Part shown: piece by piece, positions 46,189 to 56,577 of the stretch
How the letters are laid out: the number at the start of each line of letters is the position of its first letter
Numbering within the stretch: position 1 is the stretch's first letter
Assembly (NCBI GenBank): GCA_043824495.1
Contig: JBDRSV010000001.1
Span: 1-63,492, forward strand
Origin: Candidatus Aenigmatarchaeota archaeon
GTDB lineage: Archaea > Aenigmatarchaeota > Aenigmatarchaeia > QMZP01
Length of the DNA: 63,492 bases
Reading direction: 5' to 3'
Made by a program: the position numbers and the translations under genes
The notes under the pieces: model-generated
Databases searched by the model: none
The model's input: the letters and a program-made list of their open reading frames with translations, nothing else
Told to the model about the DNA's origin: nothing

Positions 46189-48215
46189 ACCGTAGCTGAT
46201 GTTGATTGTATATTATCTATTATGTATTCTGTTGCGGCTTCGAGTCCAAGTGCTTCAGCTTCTCCTCTTGTGTAATGTCCAGCGAGGCAACCAAGTATTA
46301 TATTTCCGCCTCTACATCTTCCATCATAATAATCCACTGTATCGTCGTACTTTCTAATGGCTTCAGCGTATATTTCGTCGGTTTCTGGAATTTCTATGTT
46401 TATATGAGAATTTTTTTCTGGTATTACAAGGTCTGTATCAGCTGTAGGGACAGGTATGGAAACAAAAGGATATCTTTCATAATTCTCCTCTAACACTCTC
46501 ATGTTAAGTATGAGAGTGTTTACGGTGTATGAACCAGAAGGTATAAAGGATATTTCAATAAGCGGTGTATTTTCTGTTTTCAAGCAACCGCTAGATAAGC
46601 TTATGCAACTGGAACATGAACTCTGATCTTGTGGATTTTGTGAACATGATTGACATGCCGCAGTAGCTCCACTACCGTCCATGCAAGCTGAATCAGCCGC
46701 AGGCTGATTATTTGCTATTATGTATGTTTCACCGTTTTCTTTGGAAGTTAAGTTCATAATTACGAATTCTGAATCAACTGGATCTTCGAGGTTGCATAAA
46801 GATGGAGTTTGTACGAAATTGAACTCTAAATCTGGTATTTTATGTAAGTTAAAAATTTCCTGATAAACATTATTTACTGTTATTTGCTTATTCACAAATT
46901 CCCTTTCACTGGATTCGAAAACAGTTAATGTATTATCACCGCAAACCGATGCTCCCTGAACCATTCCGTTCTGATCAGTTTTTCCAACAAGACAACCTCC
47001 AATATACGTAGGAACATTTTCTAACGGATTACCATCACCATCTCTTACAGTCAAGCTTGCAGTACATTGGAGATCAGAGCACGAAGCAACTGCTTCTATA
47101 GGCCCTTGGCATACACCGTTTTCATTGTTATCAACATAAGCAAAGTTAGCAAAATAAAAATAATTATCCAATAGATCATCATAAACTCTTATTATAACAG
47201 GGAATGAAACTGAATAGTTCTGTACGTATCTGCCCACGCAAACACTTGGTATAGAGAATGTACTAGAGGTGATGAGCCTTTCCATATTAATCAAGACTAT
47301 TGGTTCTAATGTCCTGATAGAGAAATCGAATGGTAGTAGCATTCTTATTTCTTCTGTTCTTTCTAGATCCTGATAAGTTCTACCGTTTACATCTTCTATT
47401 CCATGATGAATCAAGATACCGTTCTCTACGTATGTGTCATCCCAGAGTTTTGTATTCAATACAACGTTGTTCACAACTCCCTCTAATTTTTCACTTATTT
47501 TTTCTGGTTCCACGAATATATTGTCACCGCAAGTTACCATGAATCCTGCTCTTGGAAGATCTGTGAAGAAATCTATGTCAAATCTTGTGAATGTTTCAAA
47601 GTGTCTATTATGTGCTTGATCATTTGAGAAATCAGTTGCGAAGTCTAATATTCTTGAGAAATGTGTTGGTATGTTGACTGTGAATGGCTCTCTTATCCTA
47701 TAACCTTCAACATTTGTGTTCATTGTCACAACAATGTCTATTTTATCATTATGCATCTGTGTTTCAACAGATATTGTTTCTGTGTTAAATTCTACTTCTT
47801 TTCCTCGAATGTCCGTAATTCCTGATAAATTACCTGCTATATCCTCTGCTATTCTTTCGTTTATTCTATTCACAAACATTTCTTTGTTTAATTGTGGGGG
47901 AACTCCGTTTTCACATCTTTGCCAATAAGGGATTTTCCTGTTATTAGAAACTGGTAAATCATTACCAAGTAAGAAAGGATCTCCTGGGAGATAACCACCA
48001 TTACTTTCTAGAAGCATAATTGTTTCCACAGCTTTACTTTGTACCATGGTTTCTACAAAGTCTTTTACAACTCTTTGATCTTGTTGTACAGCTACTGGTA
48101 CTTGTGGTTCTGGTATTAGAGAAGGTCCCATAGCTAGAACAACCACAACTGCAACTACAACTAGTATACCTATAATTATTATGGCTTCTGATTGCCCTTT
48201 CAAAGGCTTTGACAT
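46179..48215 (-). CDS. Class III (type IV pilin-like) signal peptide-bearing surface protein
   Basis: 'MSKPLKG^QSEAIIIIGILVVVAVVVVL': basic residue, KG/Q cleavage site, E at +3, then a hydrophobic stretch. Confidence 0.65.
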   Translation of the reverse strand: MSKPLKGQSEAIIIIGILVVVAVVVVLAMGPSLIPEPQVPVAVQQDQRVVKDFVETMVQSKAVETIMLLESNGGYLPGDPFLLGNDLPVSNNRKIPYWQRCENGVPPQLNKEMFVNRINERIAEDIAGNLSGITDIRGKEVEFNTETISVETQMHNDKIDIVVTMNTNVEGYRIREPFTVNIPTHFSRILDFATDFSNDQAHNRHFETFTRFDIDFFTDLPRAGFMVTCGDNIFVEPEKISEKLEGVVNNVVLNTKLWDDTYVENGILIHHGIEDVNGRTYQDLERTEEIRMLLPFDFSIRTLEPIVLINMERLITSSTFSIPSVCVGRYVQNYSVSFPVIIRVYDDLLDNYFYFANFAYVDNNENGVCQGPIEAVASCSDLQCTASLTVRDGDGNPLENVPTYIGGCLVGKTDQNGMVQGASVCGDNTLTVFESSEREFVNKQITVNNVYQEIFNLHKIPDLEFNFVQTPSLCNLEDPVDSEFVIMNLTSKENGETYIIANNQPAADSACMDGSGATAACQSCSQNPQDQSSCSSCISLSSGCLKTENTPLIEISFIPSGSYTVNTLILNMRVLEENYERYPFVSIPVPTADTDLVIPEKNSHINIEIPETDEIYAEAIRKYDDTVDYYDGRCRGGNIILGCLAGHYTRGEAEALGLEAATEYIIDNIQSTSATVCS

Positions 48216-48303
48216 ATACTATATAGTTATATAGAGACAAATATATGCTTTTTATACCTGAGAGACCACTATTAATACTTCTCAACTGATTTTAGGTGAT
48301 TGT

Positions 48304-51162
48304 ATGACCACAGCTTTTGATACACTAGAACCAAAGGTGAAAAGGGCAGTCAAAAAAAGGTTTTCGCATCCAACCAAAATACAAAGTCTTGTAATACCGT
48401 CTATTCTTGAAGGAAATAACACCTTAGTAATATCGGAAACAGGAAGCGGGAAAACCGAATCTGTTTTATTTCCTATATTTGATTTATTTGTTCAGAAAGA
48501 ATACAGACCAATTTCTATTCTATACATAACACCACTCAAGTCCCTTAATAGAGATTTAATGAAAAGAATTACTTGGTGGTCACATGAACTTGAATTTGAT
48601 GCTAGTGTAAGACACGGAGACACAACACAATACGAAAGATCAATGCAAGCACAAAATCCATCAAGTATGCTCATATCAACTCCTGAAACTCTACAAGCCA
48701 TTCTAGTTGGTAAAGTTATGAGAGAACACTTGAAGAACGTGAAATGGGTTGTGATAGATGAAATACATGAGTTAATTGATAACAAGAGAGGAACACAACT
48801 TTCTATTGGTTTAGAGAGATTGAAAGAACTTACAAGAAGTAATGGCAACGAAATCCAGATAGTTGGGATATCAGCAACTGTTGGATCCCCTGAGAGAGTT
48901 GCTAAGTTTTTGACAGGAGATAAAGAATGTAAAATAATAAACACCGCGAGAGAGAGAGAAGTTAAGATACATGTAGAATCTCCTGATCCAACAAAAGAAG
49001 ACTATAAGACAGCGGAAAGCATAATGATAGGACCTGCTATTACGGCTAGACTAAGAAGAATAACAGAATTGATAGAGAATAAAAAATCTGTTCTAGCTTT
49101 TACAAACACAAGAGAATCCTCAGAAGTTTTATCTTCTAGACTGCGTGTATATAACCCAAAAATACCAATGGAAGTACATCATTCTTCTCTTTCAAAAGAT
49201 GTGAGAATCAAAGCTGAAGATGATTTCAAGAATGAAAAATTAAAGATTTTATTCTGCACGTCTTCGCTAGAACTTGGAATAGATATTGGTTCTATAGATT
49301 TTGTTTTGCAATACACATCACCAAGACAAGTAAATAAACTTCTACAGCGTATTGGAAGATCTGGTCATAACATAAGCAAGATACCAGAAGGTGTGATAAT
49401 ATCTGCAGATCATGGAGATAGTTTTGAATCAACCGTAATTGCAGATCATGCAATAAAGGGTGATATAGAAGAAACGCAAATGTATGAGAAAGCTCTAGAT
49501 GTTTTAGGACATCAGATTATGGGATTGGCTTTGGAAGAATATGATATTCCAATGGATAAAGTTTACAAAATAATTAAGAGAGCGTATCCTTACAAGGATT
49601 TGACAAAAGAAGAATTCATACAGGTATGCGATTTCATGCAAAGATTGCGATTACTCTGGATGAACCAAAAAGATAAAGAAGGCGGTTACGACATGAGTAA
49701 CATGTTTTTGAGAAGGAAAAGAAATTCATGGGAATATTATTACAGAAATTTATCTACAATACCAGATTCTAAAAATTATAGAATAATTGATATTGTCACG
49801 AATAAAGCTGTGGGTAGTTTAGATGCAGAGTTCATAGCTTTACATGGCTCTCCTGGTTCTGCTTTCATAGTGAAAGGACAAGCATGGAGAATAATAGATA
49901 TAGATAAAACTACGGTATCTGTTGAACCCTTGTCAGGTTTGGAAGCTTCAATACCTGCATGGGAAGGAGAATTAATTCCGGTTCCATTTAACATTGCACA
50001 AGACGTTGGTAAGATTAGGGGTATAACATCAAAAGAAAAAGATCCTATAAAATATTTGACAACTCAATACCCAATTAAGAAAAACGTAGCTGAAAAAATT
50101 TATGAAACAATTAAAAATCAAAAGAAGTGGGGTCCTGTTCCAACAGAAAAAAATGTATTAGTAGAGCATGGACATGATGCATCAGAAGAGGGTTTTATTC
50201 CATATGTAATAATCAACACTTGTGCAGGTTCTCTTGTAAATGATACGTTAGGTCATGCGCTATCCACACTTTTGAGAATGAAATTTGGTTCAGTCGGTTT
50301 AAGTACAGATCCTTATAGAATAACAATAAAACTTCCTTCACCTGATTGGAACGAAGTTATTGAAATGTTTCAAAAACTAACTCCAGAAATTCTAAAAGAA
50401 ACAATTAAAACAAGTATGCCTGATACTGAATTATTTGTGTGGAAATTCTTACACGTAGCAAAAAGATTTAGTATAATTTCCAGGGAAGCAGATTATGGTA
50501 AAAATTACATAAGAAAAATAATAGATGTTTACAAAAACACACCAGTATACAACGAAGCAATGAATGAAATATACCAAGATAAATTAGATATAGAAAAAAC
50601 ATGTGAATTCTTAGAGAATATAAATAGAGGTAAAGTAAAGATTATTGTGAAAGACAGCCTCTCTCCTATAGGAAGAGAAGGAATAACAAGAAGATATTCT
50701 CTAGTTTCTGAAAAGAAACCGGAAAAAGAAATACTCGCCGCATTCAAAAAGCGATTGTTATCAACCAAATTTGGTCTCCTTTGTCTTACATGTGGAACTT
50801 GGGTAGCGACGGGTACGGTTAAAGAAATTCCGGATGATTTGAAATGTAAGAAATGTCAAGCAAAACTTGTAAGTGTTATTCCTTACAGATATCTAAACGA
50901 AGCTCATGCTTTGATGATTAAACAAAAACTCGGAAAGGCTCTTGTTGGAGATGAAAAGAAAAGATATGATCATATGTCTAGAACAGCAGGACTCGTTATA
51001 GATCATGGAAAGGAGGCAGTAGTTGTCTTAGCTGGTAGAGGAATAGGTCCTAGAGCAGCTTCACGTGTATTAAGAAAGATGTTAAAAGGTGATGACATAA
51101 TAAAAGAAATTCTTTCTGAAGAAAGAAATTACGTGAAGACCAGAAGATTCTGGAAGAATTAG
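48304..51162 (+). CDS. lhr: Lhr-family SF2 helicase with C-terminal Zn-finger-like region
   Basis: 'ETGSGKT', 'DEIH', 'SAT', 'HHSSLS', 'QRIGRSGH', DEAD_assoc-like region, CxxC...CxxC near the C-terminus. Confidence 0.9.
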   Translation: MTTAFDTLEPKVKRAVKKRFSHPTKIQSLVIPSILEGNNTLVISETGSGKTESVLFPIFDLFVQKEYRPISILYITPLKSLNRDLMKRITWWSHELEFDASVRHGDTTQYERSMQAQNPSSMLISTPETLQAILVGKVMREHLKNVKWVVIDEIHELIDNKRGTQLSIGLERLKELTRSNGNEIQIVGISATVGSPERVAKFLTGDKECKIINTAREREVKIHVESPDPTKEDYKTAESIMIGPAITARLRRITELIENKKSVLAFTNTRESSEVLSSRLRVYNPKIPMEVHHSSLSKDVRIKAEDDFKNEKLKILFCTSSLELGIDIGSIDFVLQYTSPRQVNKLLQRIGRSGHNISKIPEGVIISADHGDSFESTVIADHAIKGDIEETQMYEKALDVLGHQIMGLALEEYDIPMDKVYKIIKRAYPYKDLTKEEFIQVCDFMQRLRLLWMNQKDKEGGYDMSNMFLRRKRNSWEYYYRNLSTIPDSKNYRIIDIVTNKAVGSLDAEFIALHGSPGSAFIVKGQAWRIIDIDKTTVSVEPLSGLEASIPAWEGELIPVPFNIAQDVGKIRGITSKEKDPIKYLTTQYPIKKNVAEKIYETIKNQKKWGPVPTEKNVLVEHGHDASEEGFIPYVIINTCAGSLVNDTLGHALSTLLRMKFGSVGLSTDPYRITIKLPSPDWNEVIEMFQKLTPEILKETIKTSMPDTELFVWKFLHVAKRFSIISREADYGKNYIRKIIDVYKNTPVYNEAMNEIYQDKLDIEKTCEFLENINRGKVKIIVKDSLSPIGREGITRRYSLVSEKKPEKEILAAFKKRLLSTKFGLLCLTCGTWVATGTVKEIPDDLKCKKCQAKLVSVIPYRYLNEAHALMIKQKLGKALVGDEKKRYDHMSRTAGLVIDHGKEAVVVLAGRGIGPRAASRVLRKMLKGDDIIKEILSEERNYVKTRRFWKN

Positions 51163-51917
51163 AGATCTTTTAATTCTCCTAAGAAAGTTCCATCCAGCAA
51201 GTAGATTTTTGATGTATTCTTCTTTATCATACTCATCATTGGGGTTTTTCTTTGTTTTTCTTTTTTCACATTAAGAGCATGACCACCAGCCATCTTATTG
51301 AAAGAAGGGACTATTATAGCTTCTGGGAGCTTATCATATTTCCCGTATTTTTCTGTTATTGTTTTCTTGTTTAACTCTGTTCTTACCCAAACAGCTTCCA
51401 TCCACGTTGCTCCTAGATTATTCTTGAATTGTATTTGTGGTTGCATGTGGCCCATAATCAAATAATCAGCACCTAAGAAACTTTTGTCTGGCCACGCATG
51501 ACCATGATTATAATATATTTTATTTTTCAAAAACCCATGTGTTGGTTTTATGTCCACGCTTTTTGGAACTAGTTTTTCAACCCCAGGGTCATGGTTTCCA
51601 ATAACATAAGTTATTTTGATTTTTTTTGCTAAATGATTTAAGAATTCTGGAATCTCCTTTATTTCTTGATAAGAGACTCCAGGAACTTTGTGTTTAATAT
51701 CTCCTAATAATATTAGATTTTTTGCTTTCGTCATCTTGATTATATTGTCTAATCTATCTCTCATGGTATTTGTTTGAGAATTAATTTTTATTCCAGCTAG
51801 GAAATAATCATGTTCTATGCCTATATGTAGATCTGAGACAATCAGCGTATTCCCTATTAGAACTGCAGGCTCATCTGCAACAAATTCTGGATCCATGTTT
51901 GACAATAGGTTTGCCAA
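51159..51917 (-). CDS. Metallophosphoesterase (MPE type commonly linked to Lhr)
   Basis: 'SDLHIG', 'LGDIKH', 'GNHD', 'HGH', 'GHMQP', 'PSFN'. Confidence 0.85.
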   Translation of the reverse strand: MANLLSNMDPEFVADEPAVLIGNTLIVSDLHIGIEHDYFLAGIKINSQTNTMRDRLDNIIKMTKAKNLILLGDIKHKVPGVSYQEIKEIPEFLNHLAKKIKITYVIGNHDPGVEKLVPKSVDIKPTHGFLKNKIYYNHGHAWPDKSFLGADYLIMGHMQPQIQFKNNLGATWMEAVWVRTELNKKTITEKYGKYDKLPEAIIVPSFNKMAGGHALNVKKEKQRKTPMMSMIKKNTSKIYLLDGTFLGELKDL

Positions 51918-51944
51918 TTTAAATTTTTCATCTAATAATATCCT

Positions 51945-53441
51945 ATGAGTTATGGGACGGTAATATCAACTCCAGAAGGGCCCTCAACCCGTAAATTCTC
52001 ATTCGTAATCAACAAGGGTCAAATCGTTCGGAGAGGCCAATTCATTCAGCTTCGCATACCTGATGGTGAACTAATCGGTAGGGTGTCTGATGTCTTCAAA
52101 ACAAATAGATATTTCACAATGCCAGAATCCGTGAAAGAATATGAAAGCTCTGGAAATAATCTTGGTGAAATGTTTCCAACAGAGGAATGGGAATATTTGG
52201 TAGCAGAAGCTACTGCTTTAGGTGTGTTCAAGAATAATATGTTTGCTGATTCATCTATTCCTCCATCACCAGGGGTGAAGGTTGAGACGCCAGATGAAAA
52301 CATTTTAAGCAGATTTTTTGGTTTGAAAGACCAGGGATTATATTTAGGTAAAATGCCACATCATGAAATTGACATAAAACTTGATTTAACAAAATTTTTG
52401 CAAAAACATTTAGCTGTTCTAGCACTGAGCGGTGCAGGAAAAAGTTATTTAATGGGTGTAATAATAGAAGAATTGCTTAAGAGAGATCCGGAAAAGGGTA
52501 ATTTGGCTGTTGTGGTAATTGATCCACACGGAGAATATAAATCCTTTGCTGAAGATGGAAATTTCATAAATAAATCTCGTGTGTTTTCTTCGTCTGATAT
52601 CAAATTAGGTTTGTCAGAAATATCTCCTTATAGTTTCAGAGGTTTCATACCAGATTTAGCACCAGCTCAAGAAAGAGAACTCGTTCGCATAGTGTCGGAA
52701 TTGAAGGATAAAAACAATACATTTAATATGACAGATTTGATGGACTCTATAGAAAAGAATTGCAAACCAGTGATAAAGGATTTACTTCTTTCTCATTTAG
52801 ATAGATTAAAACGCTTGAAGATTTTTGATTCTATTGATGATCCATCCGTAAACAGTTTAGCGGTTCAAGGAGAATTGTCTGTAGTAGATTTATCTGACAC
52901 AACTAACATGAAAAAGAAACAAATAATTGTTTCACGAATTGCAAAAAAGCTTTTTGATGCTAGAAGAGCTGGAAAGATACCTCCATTTGTTTTGATTATT
53001 GAAGAAGCTCATCAATTTGCTCCAGAAAAAATGAAAAGGGAGGAAGCTTTGTCAAGAGGAATTCTGACAACAATAGCAAGAGAAGGAAGAAAATTCGGAG
53101 CGTCTCTTTGTTTGATTTCACAGAGACCAAAACAATTATCTACAACAGCATTGTCTCAGTGTAACACACAAATAATTCTTAGGATTACCAATCCTTACGA
53201 TTTGAAACACATAGAGGAAAGTTCTGAAGGAATAACACGTGATGTATTAGACAGAATCTCATCACTTAAAGTTGGGACTGGTTTGATTGTTGGAGAAGCT
53301 GTTAATTTTCCGATGTTCATAAATGTAAGAAAAAGAGAATCCAAAGAATCTGAAAAATCTAAAAACTTAGAAACCTCAGCTATAGAATTCTACAAAACCA
53401 ATAAGCAGAAGCAACAAGACGCAAAAGAGTTTCTTAGCTAG
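51945..53441 (+). CDS. herA: HerA/FtsK-family ATPase with N-terminal HAS-like barrel
   Basis: 'HLAVLALSGAGKS', 'IDPHGEY', 'IIEEAHQFAP', 'AREGRKFG', 'SQRP', 'SQCNTQ'. Confidence 0.8.
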   Translation: MSYGTVISTPEGPSTRKFSFVINKGQIVRRGQFIQLRIPDGELIGRVSDVFKTNRYFTMPESVKEYESSGNNLGEMFPTEEWEYLVAEATALGVFKNNMFADSSIPPSPGVKVETPDENILSRFFGLKDQGLYLGKMPHHEIDIKLDLTKFLQKHLAVLALSGAGKSYLMGVIIEELLKRDPEKGNLAVVVIDPHGEYKSFAEDGNFINKSRVFSSSDIKLGLSEISPYSFRGFIPDLAPAQERELVRIVSELKDKNNTFNMTDLMDSIEKNCKPVIKDLLLSHLDRLKRLKIFDSIDDPSVNSLAVQGELSVVDLSDTTNMKKKQIIVSRIAKKLFDARRAGKIPPFVLIIEEAHQFAPEKMKREEALSRGILTTIAREGRKFGASLCLISQRPKQLSTTALSQCNTQIILRITNPYDLKHIEESSEGITRDVLDRISSLKVGTGLIVGEAVNFPMFINVRKRESKESEKSKNLETSAIEFYKTNKQKQQDAKEFLS

Positions 53442-54426
53442 AAACAATTAAGTTATAGAAATTATTAGCTTCTTTTTCCGATTTAGCTTCTACAATTGCC
53501 CTTGAATTTTCGAACAAAGACATTTTATTTTTTTTGTTTTGTATGTGAATTAAAAATTTATTTGATTTTATTTTGTAAGACGGATTTCTTTTTAATTTAT
53601 TTTCTAACTCGATCAAATTAATTTTCATTTTCTTTTGTGGAATTATTTGATATTTGTTTTGACCACACAGTACTGTGATTTTCTCTACAGTCACGTTTTC
53701 TAAATGGTCAAATTTCTTTTGAGAACAAACCGAACAATTTTTATTTTGTTTTATTTTACTGAAATCAAATCTTGGTTCTTTTGTTGAGAAGTTGAAGAGA
53801 ACTCCGAATTTAGTTTTTCCTGTTAAGATCTTAGTTGCTTCTGAAGCTTGCCATGATCCAATTATATGAGATGTCGGTGAAAGGATTCCGAGAGTCTCGC
53901 AAGTTTCTAATTGCCCTCGCGACTCTCTGGGAAATAAACATTTCAAACAAGGTGTACCAAAAAAGCTAACAGACATTCCTTCTTCTCCTATTGCTCCCCC
54001 ATAAATCCATGGTATACTGTTCTTTACTGCAAACTCATTGATTAGATGACGCGTTTCCATATTATCTGTACAGTCTATTATGAGATCTGATTTTAGGAGT
54101 TCTGGATTTTGTCTTAAGTCGTCTGTAATAGATTCTATTTTTATTTCTGGATTTATCTGTGCTAATCGCTCTTTTGCAGCCTCTGCTTTCGGCTTTCCTA
54201 TATCTTCTTCTGTAAATAATTCAGTTCTCTGTAGATTTGAAAGATCAACAAAATCTCTATCTATAATTTTTATGCTGCCTATACCAGCTCTTACCAAAAG
54301 AGAAGAAACCACACTACCAGTAGCTCCACAACCAACTATGGATATCTTAGCTTTGAATAGTTTGGTTTGATTTTTCTCACCAAAGTATACAATCTGTCTT
54401 GAATACCTATCATTTATAGCCATCAT
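53434..54426 (-). CDS. ThiF/MoeB/E1-like adenylyltransferase (UbaA-like)
   Basis: 'RYSRQ', 'GCGATGS', 'DRDFVDLSNLQR', 'DCTDN', 'CLKC', 'TCETLG', 'CSVC'. Confidence 0.9.
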   Translation of the reverse strand: MMAINDRYSRQIVYFGEKNQTKLFKAKISIVGCGATGSVVSSLLVRAGIGSIKIIDRDFVDLSNLQRTELFTEEDIGKPKAEAAKERLAQINPEIKIESITDDLRQNPELLKSDLIIDCTDNMETRHLINEFAVKNSIPWIYGGAIGEEGMSVSFFGTPCLKCLFPRESRGQLETCETLGILSPTSHIIGSWQASEATKILTGKTKFGVLFNFSTKEPRFDFSKIKQNKNCSVCSQKKFDHLENVTVEKITVLCGQNKYQIIPQKKMKINLIELENKLKRNPSYKIKSNKFLIHIQNKKNKMSLFENSRAIVEAKSEKEANNFYNLIVSS

Positions 54427-54480
54427 GTTTTGTATTAAAATTTACAGATATAAATTTGACTTTGACCAAGAATAAGATGT

Positions 54481-55914
54481 ATGATAGATCCAGTAGAAAG
54501 TTTAATCAATGAGGCTCTGAGAGCAGCTGACAGATTGAAATTGACTTCAGAGAACATAAGAGTAGTGTCTCATTATGATTGTGATGGTATTTCTTCAGGA
54601 GCTATAATGGTTAAAGCTCTGAAAAGGGCTGGAAAGAAATTTCAGCTTTCCATGATAAAACAGCTTGGTAGAGGAGAGTTAGAAAAAATATGCAAAAAAG
54701 AATATAATTTCTTTGTTTTTCTTGATATCGGAGCAGGACAATTAGATATAATTCAAGAGTTAATACCAGAAGCTCCAGTGATAATTTCTGATCATCATCA
54801 ACCACAAGGTTATATAAAACCAGAGAACGCAGAAAGAATTCTTCATATAAACCCAACTCATTTTGGAATAACAGAAAATATATCAGGATCTGGAACCACG
54901 TATCTGATAGCCAGAGCAATGGACCCCGAGAATAAAGATTTGAGCGAACTGGGAATAATAGGAGCTATAGGAGATTCTCAAATAGGTTCTATTGGACCTG
55001 ACTGGGGATTAGCTGGATTAAATAGAGAGATTTTGAAAGATGCAGAGACAACAGGAAAACTAGAAGTTAGTAAAGGTTTGAGATTATGGGGAATGAATAC
55101 TAGACCTGTTCATAAAACGTTAGAATACTCATCAAATCCCAACATACCGGGAATAAGCGGATCAGAATCTTCAAGCATACAATTTCTACAAGAGATGAAT
55201 ATAGAACTCAAGAACGGAGACGGAGATTGGAGAACACTATCAGAATTAACCAAGAACGAACATATGAGATTAGCCTCCGGTATAATAAGAGAAAGAATTC
55301 GAGGAGATGAAGACAATCCTGAAGAAGTTTTTGGGGATGTGTACGAGCTAAAGAGTAGAACTGGCATATTCAGTAATGCGAATGAGTTCGCAACAATGCT
55401 AAACGCTTGTGGAAAACTCTATAAAGCCTATTTGGGTGTTGCGTTATGTTTACATGATGATAAATCCGGAAAAGAAGTAAAAACACTTCTAAGAAGGTAT
55501 AGAAGAGAAATAGGAAAGGCTCTAAGCCTGGTGAATAAGACCGAAGGTATGATAAAAACAGAAGAAAATGCCAACTATATACTCGCAGGGGATCAGATAT
55601 CAGAGCACATTATCTCAAATATAACTTCTATTCTCTCGAGAAGTGGAGAAATCCCTCTAAAACCTACATTTGCATTAGTAGATGCGGAGGACGAAAAGGT
55701 CAAAATAAGCGCTAGGGCTAGCGATGAAGACGTCAAAAACGGTATCAATTTGAAGGAAATACTGACTGAGGCCACTAAGGAAGTAGGTGGAGAGGGAGGT
55801 GGTCATAAAGGAAGTGCAGGCGGCACTATCCCTAGGGGGACCGTAGAAACGTTTATAAATTGTACTAATACTATACTAAAGAACATCCAAGCTGTAGAGG
55901 TTAAAAATGGCTGA
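54481..55914 (+). CDS. DHH/DHHA1 phosphoesterase (archaeal RecJ-like)
   Basis: 'SHYDCDG', 'LDIG', 'SDHH', 'GGGHKGSAG'; upstream of rps3ae as usual in archaea. Confidence 0.88.
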   Translation: MIDPVESLINEALRAADRLKLTSENIRVVSHYDCDGISSGAIMVKALKRAGKKFQLSMIKQLGRGELEKICKKEYNFFVFLDIGAGQLDIIQELIPEAPVIISDHHQPQGYIKPENAERILHINPTHFGITENISGSGTTYLIARAMDPENKDLSELGIIGAIGDSQIGSIGPDWGLAGLNREILKDAETTGKLEVSKGLRLWGMNTRPVHKTLEYSSNPNIPGISGSESSSIQFLQEMNIELKNGDGDWRTLSELTKNEHMRLASGIIRERIRGDEDNPEEVFGDVYELKSRTGIFSNANEFATMLNACGKLYKAYLGVALCLHDDKSGKEVKTLLRRYRREIGKALSLVNKTEGMIKTEENANYILAGDQISEHIISNITSILSRSGEIPLKPTFALVDAEDEKVKISARASDEDVKNGINLKEILTEATKEVGGEGGGHKGSAGGTIPRGTVETFINCTNTILKNIQAVEVKNG

Positions 55915-56575
55915 AGAAAAAATAAGAAAAGGGAAACCTGTAAAATCTAAGGAAGAACCAACAGAAGTTCCACAAGAGAAGAAAGTAGAAAGACCAGAAA
56001 GAAAGGAAATAACAGTAAAAAAATGGAAAGGTAAAGAATGGTTCAGTATATTTAGTCCTAAGATGTTTGGCGAGAATTTCTTAGCAGAAACTCCAACCAC
56101 AGATCCTAAATCTTTGGTCGGAAGAAATATTGAAGTCAATGTTGCTGACTTAATCAATCAGCCTAACAAGTTTTATATGAAAATCACTTTCAAAGTTAAT
56201 AGAGTTGACGGTAAAAACGCATACACACGATTCAATGGATTGAAATGCGTCAAAGAATATTTATCAAGATCTGTTAGAAAAGGATTACAAAAAGTTACTC
56301 TTATACAAACATTTGACACAAAAGACGAATGGAAATTACAAGTCACTTCTACTTTAATTCTAAACAAAAACACAGAAAGCACAGTAAAAACAAAGGTAAG
56401 AGAAGTTATGGGAGAATTCCTAACGAAGAATGCACAAGCAAACACAATAGACAAGTTCATTGACGGTATAGTCAGTAGCTCATACCAAAGACAGATCAAG
56501 AAAATTGGAACAAGAGTTTATCCAGTAAGATTCAGTGAAATTGAAAAAGTAGAAGTATTGAAAGCTCCTGCTTAA
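55907..56575 (+). CDS. rps3ae: 30S ribosomal protein S3Ae
   Basis: 'KKWKGKEWFSIFSPKMFG', 'GRNIEVNVADL', 'VYPVRFSEIEK'. Confidence 0.92.
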   Translation: MAEEKIRKGKPVKSKEEPTEVPQEKKVERPERKEITVKKWKGKEWFSIFSPKMFGENFLAETPTTDPKSLVGRNIEVNVADLINQPNKFYMKITFKVNRVDGKNAYTRFNGLKCVKEYLSRSVRKGLQKVTLIQTFDTKDEWKLQVTSTLILNKNTESTVKTKVREVMGEFLTKNAQANTIDKFIDGIVSSSYQRQIKKIGTRVYPVRFSEIEKVEVLKAPA

Positions 56576-56577
56576 TT

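Noticed and set aside
48304-51917. Lhr and metallophosphoesterase adjacency as a new system
   Set aside because: The Lhr-MPE linkage is already an established gene pairing.
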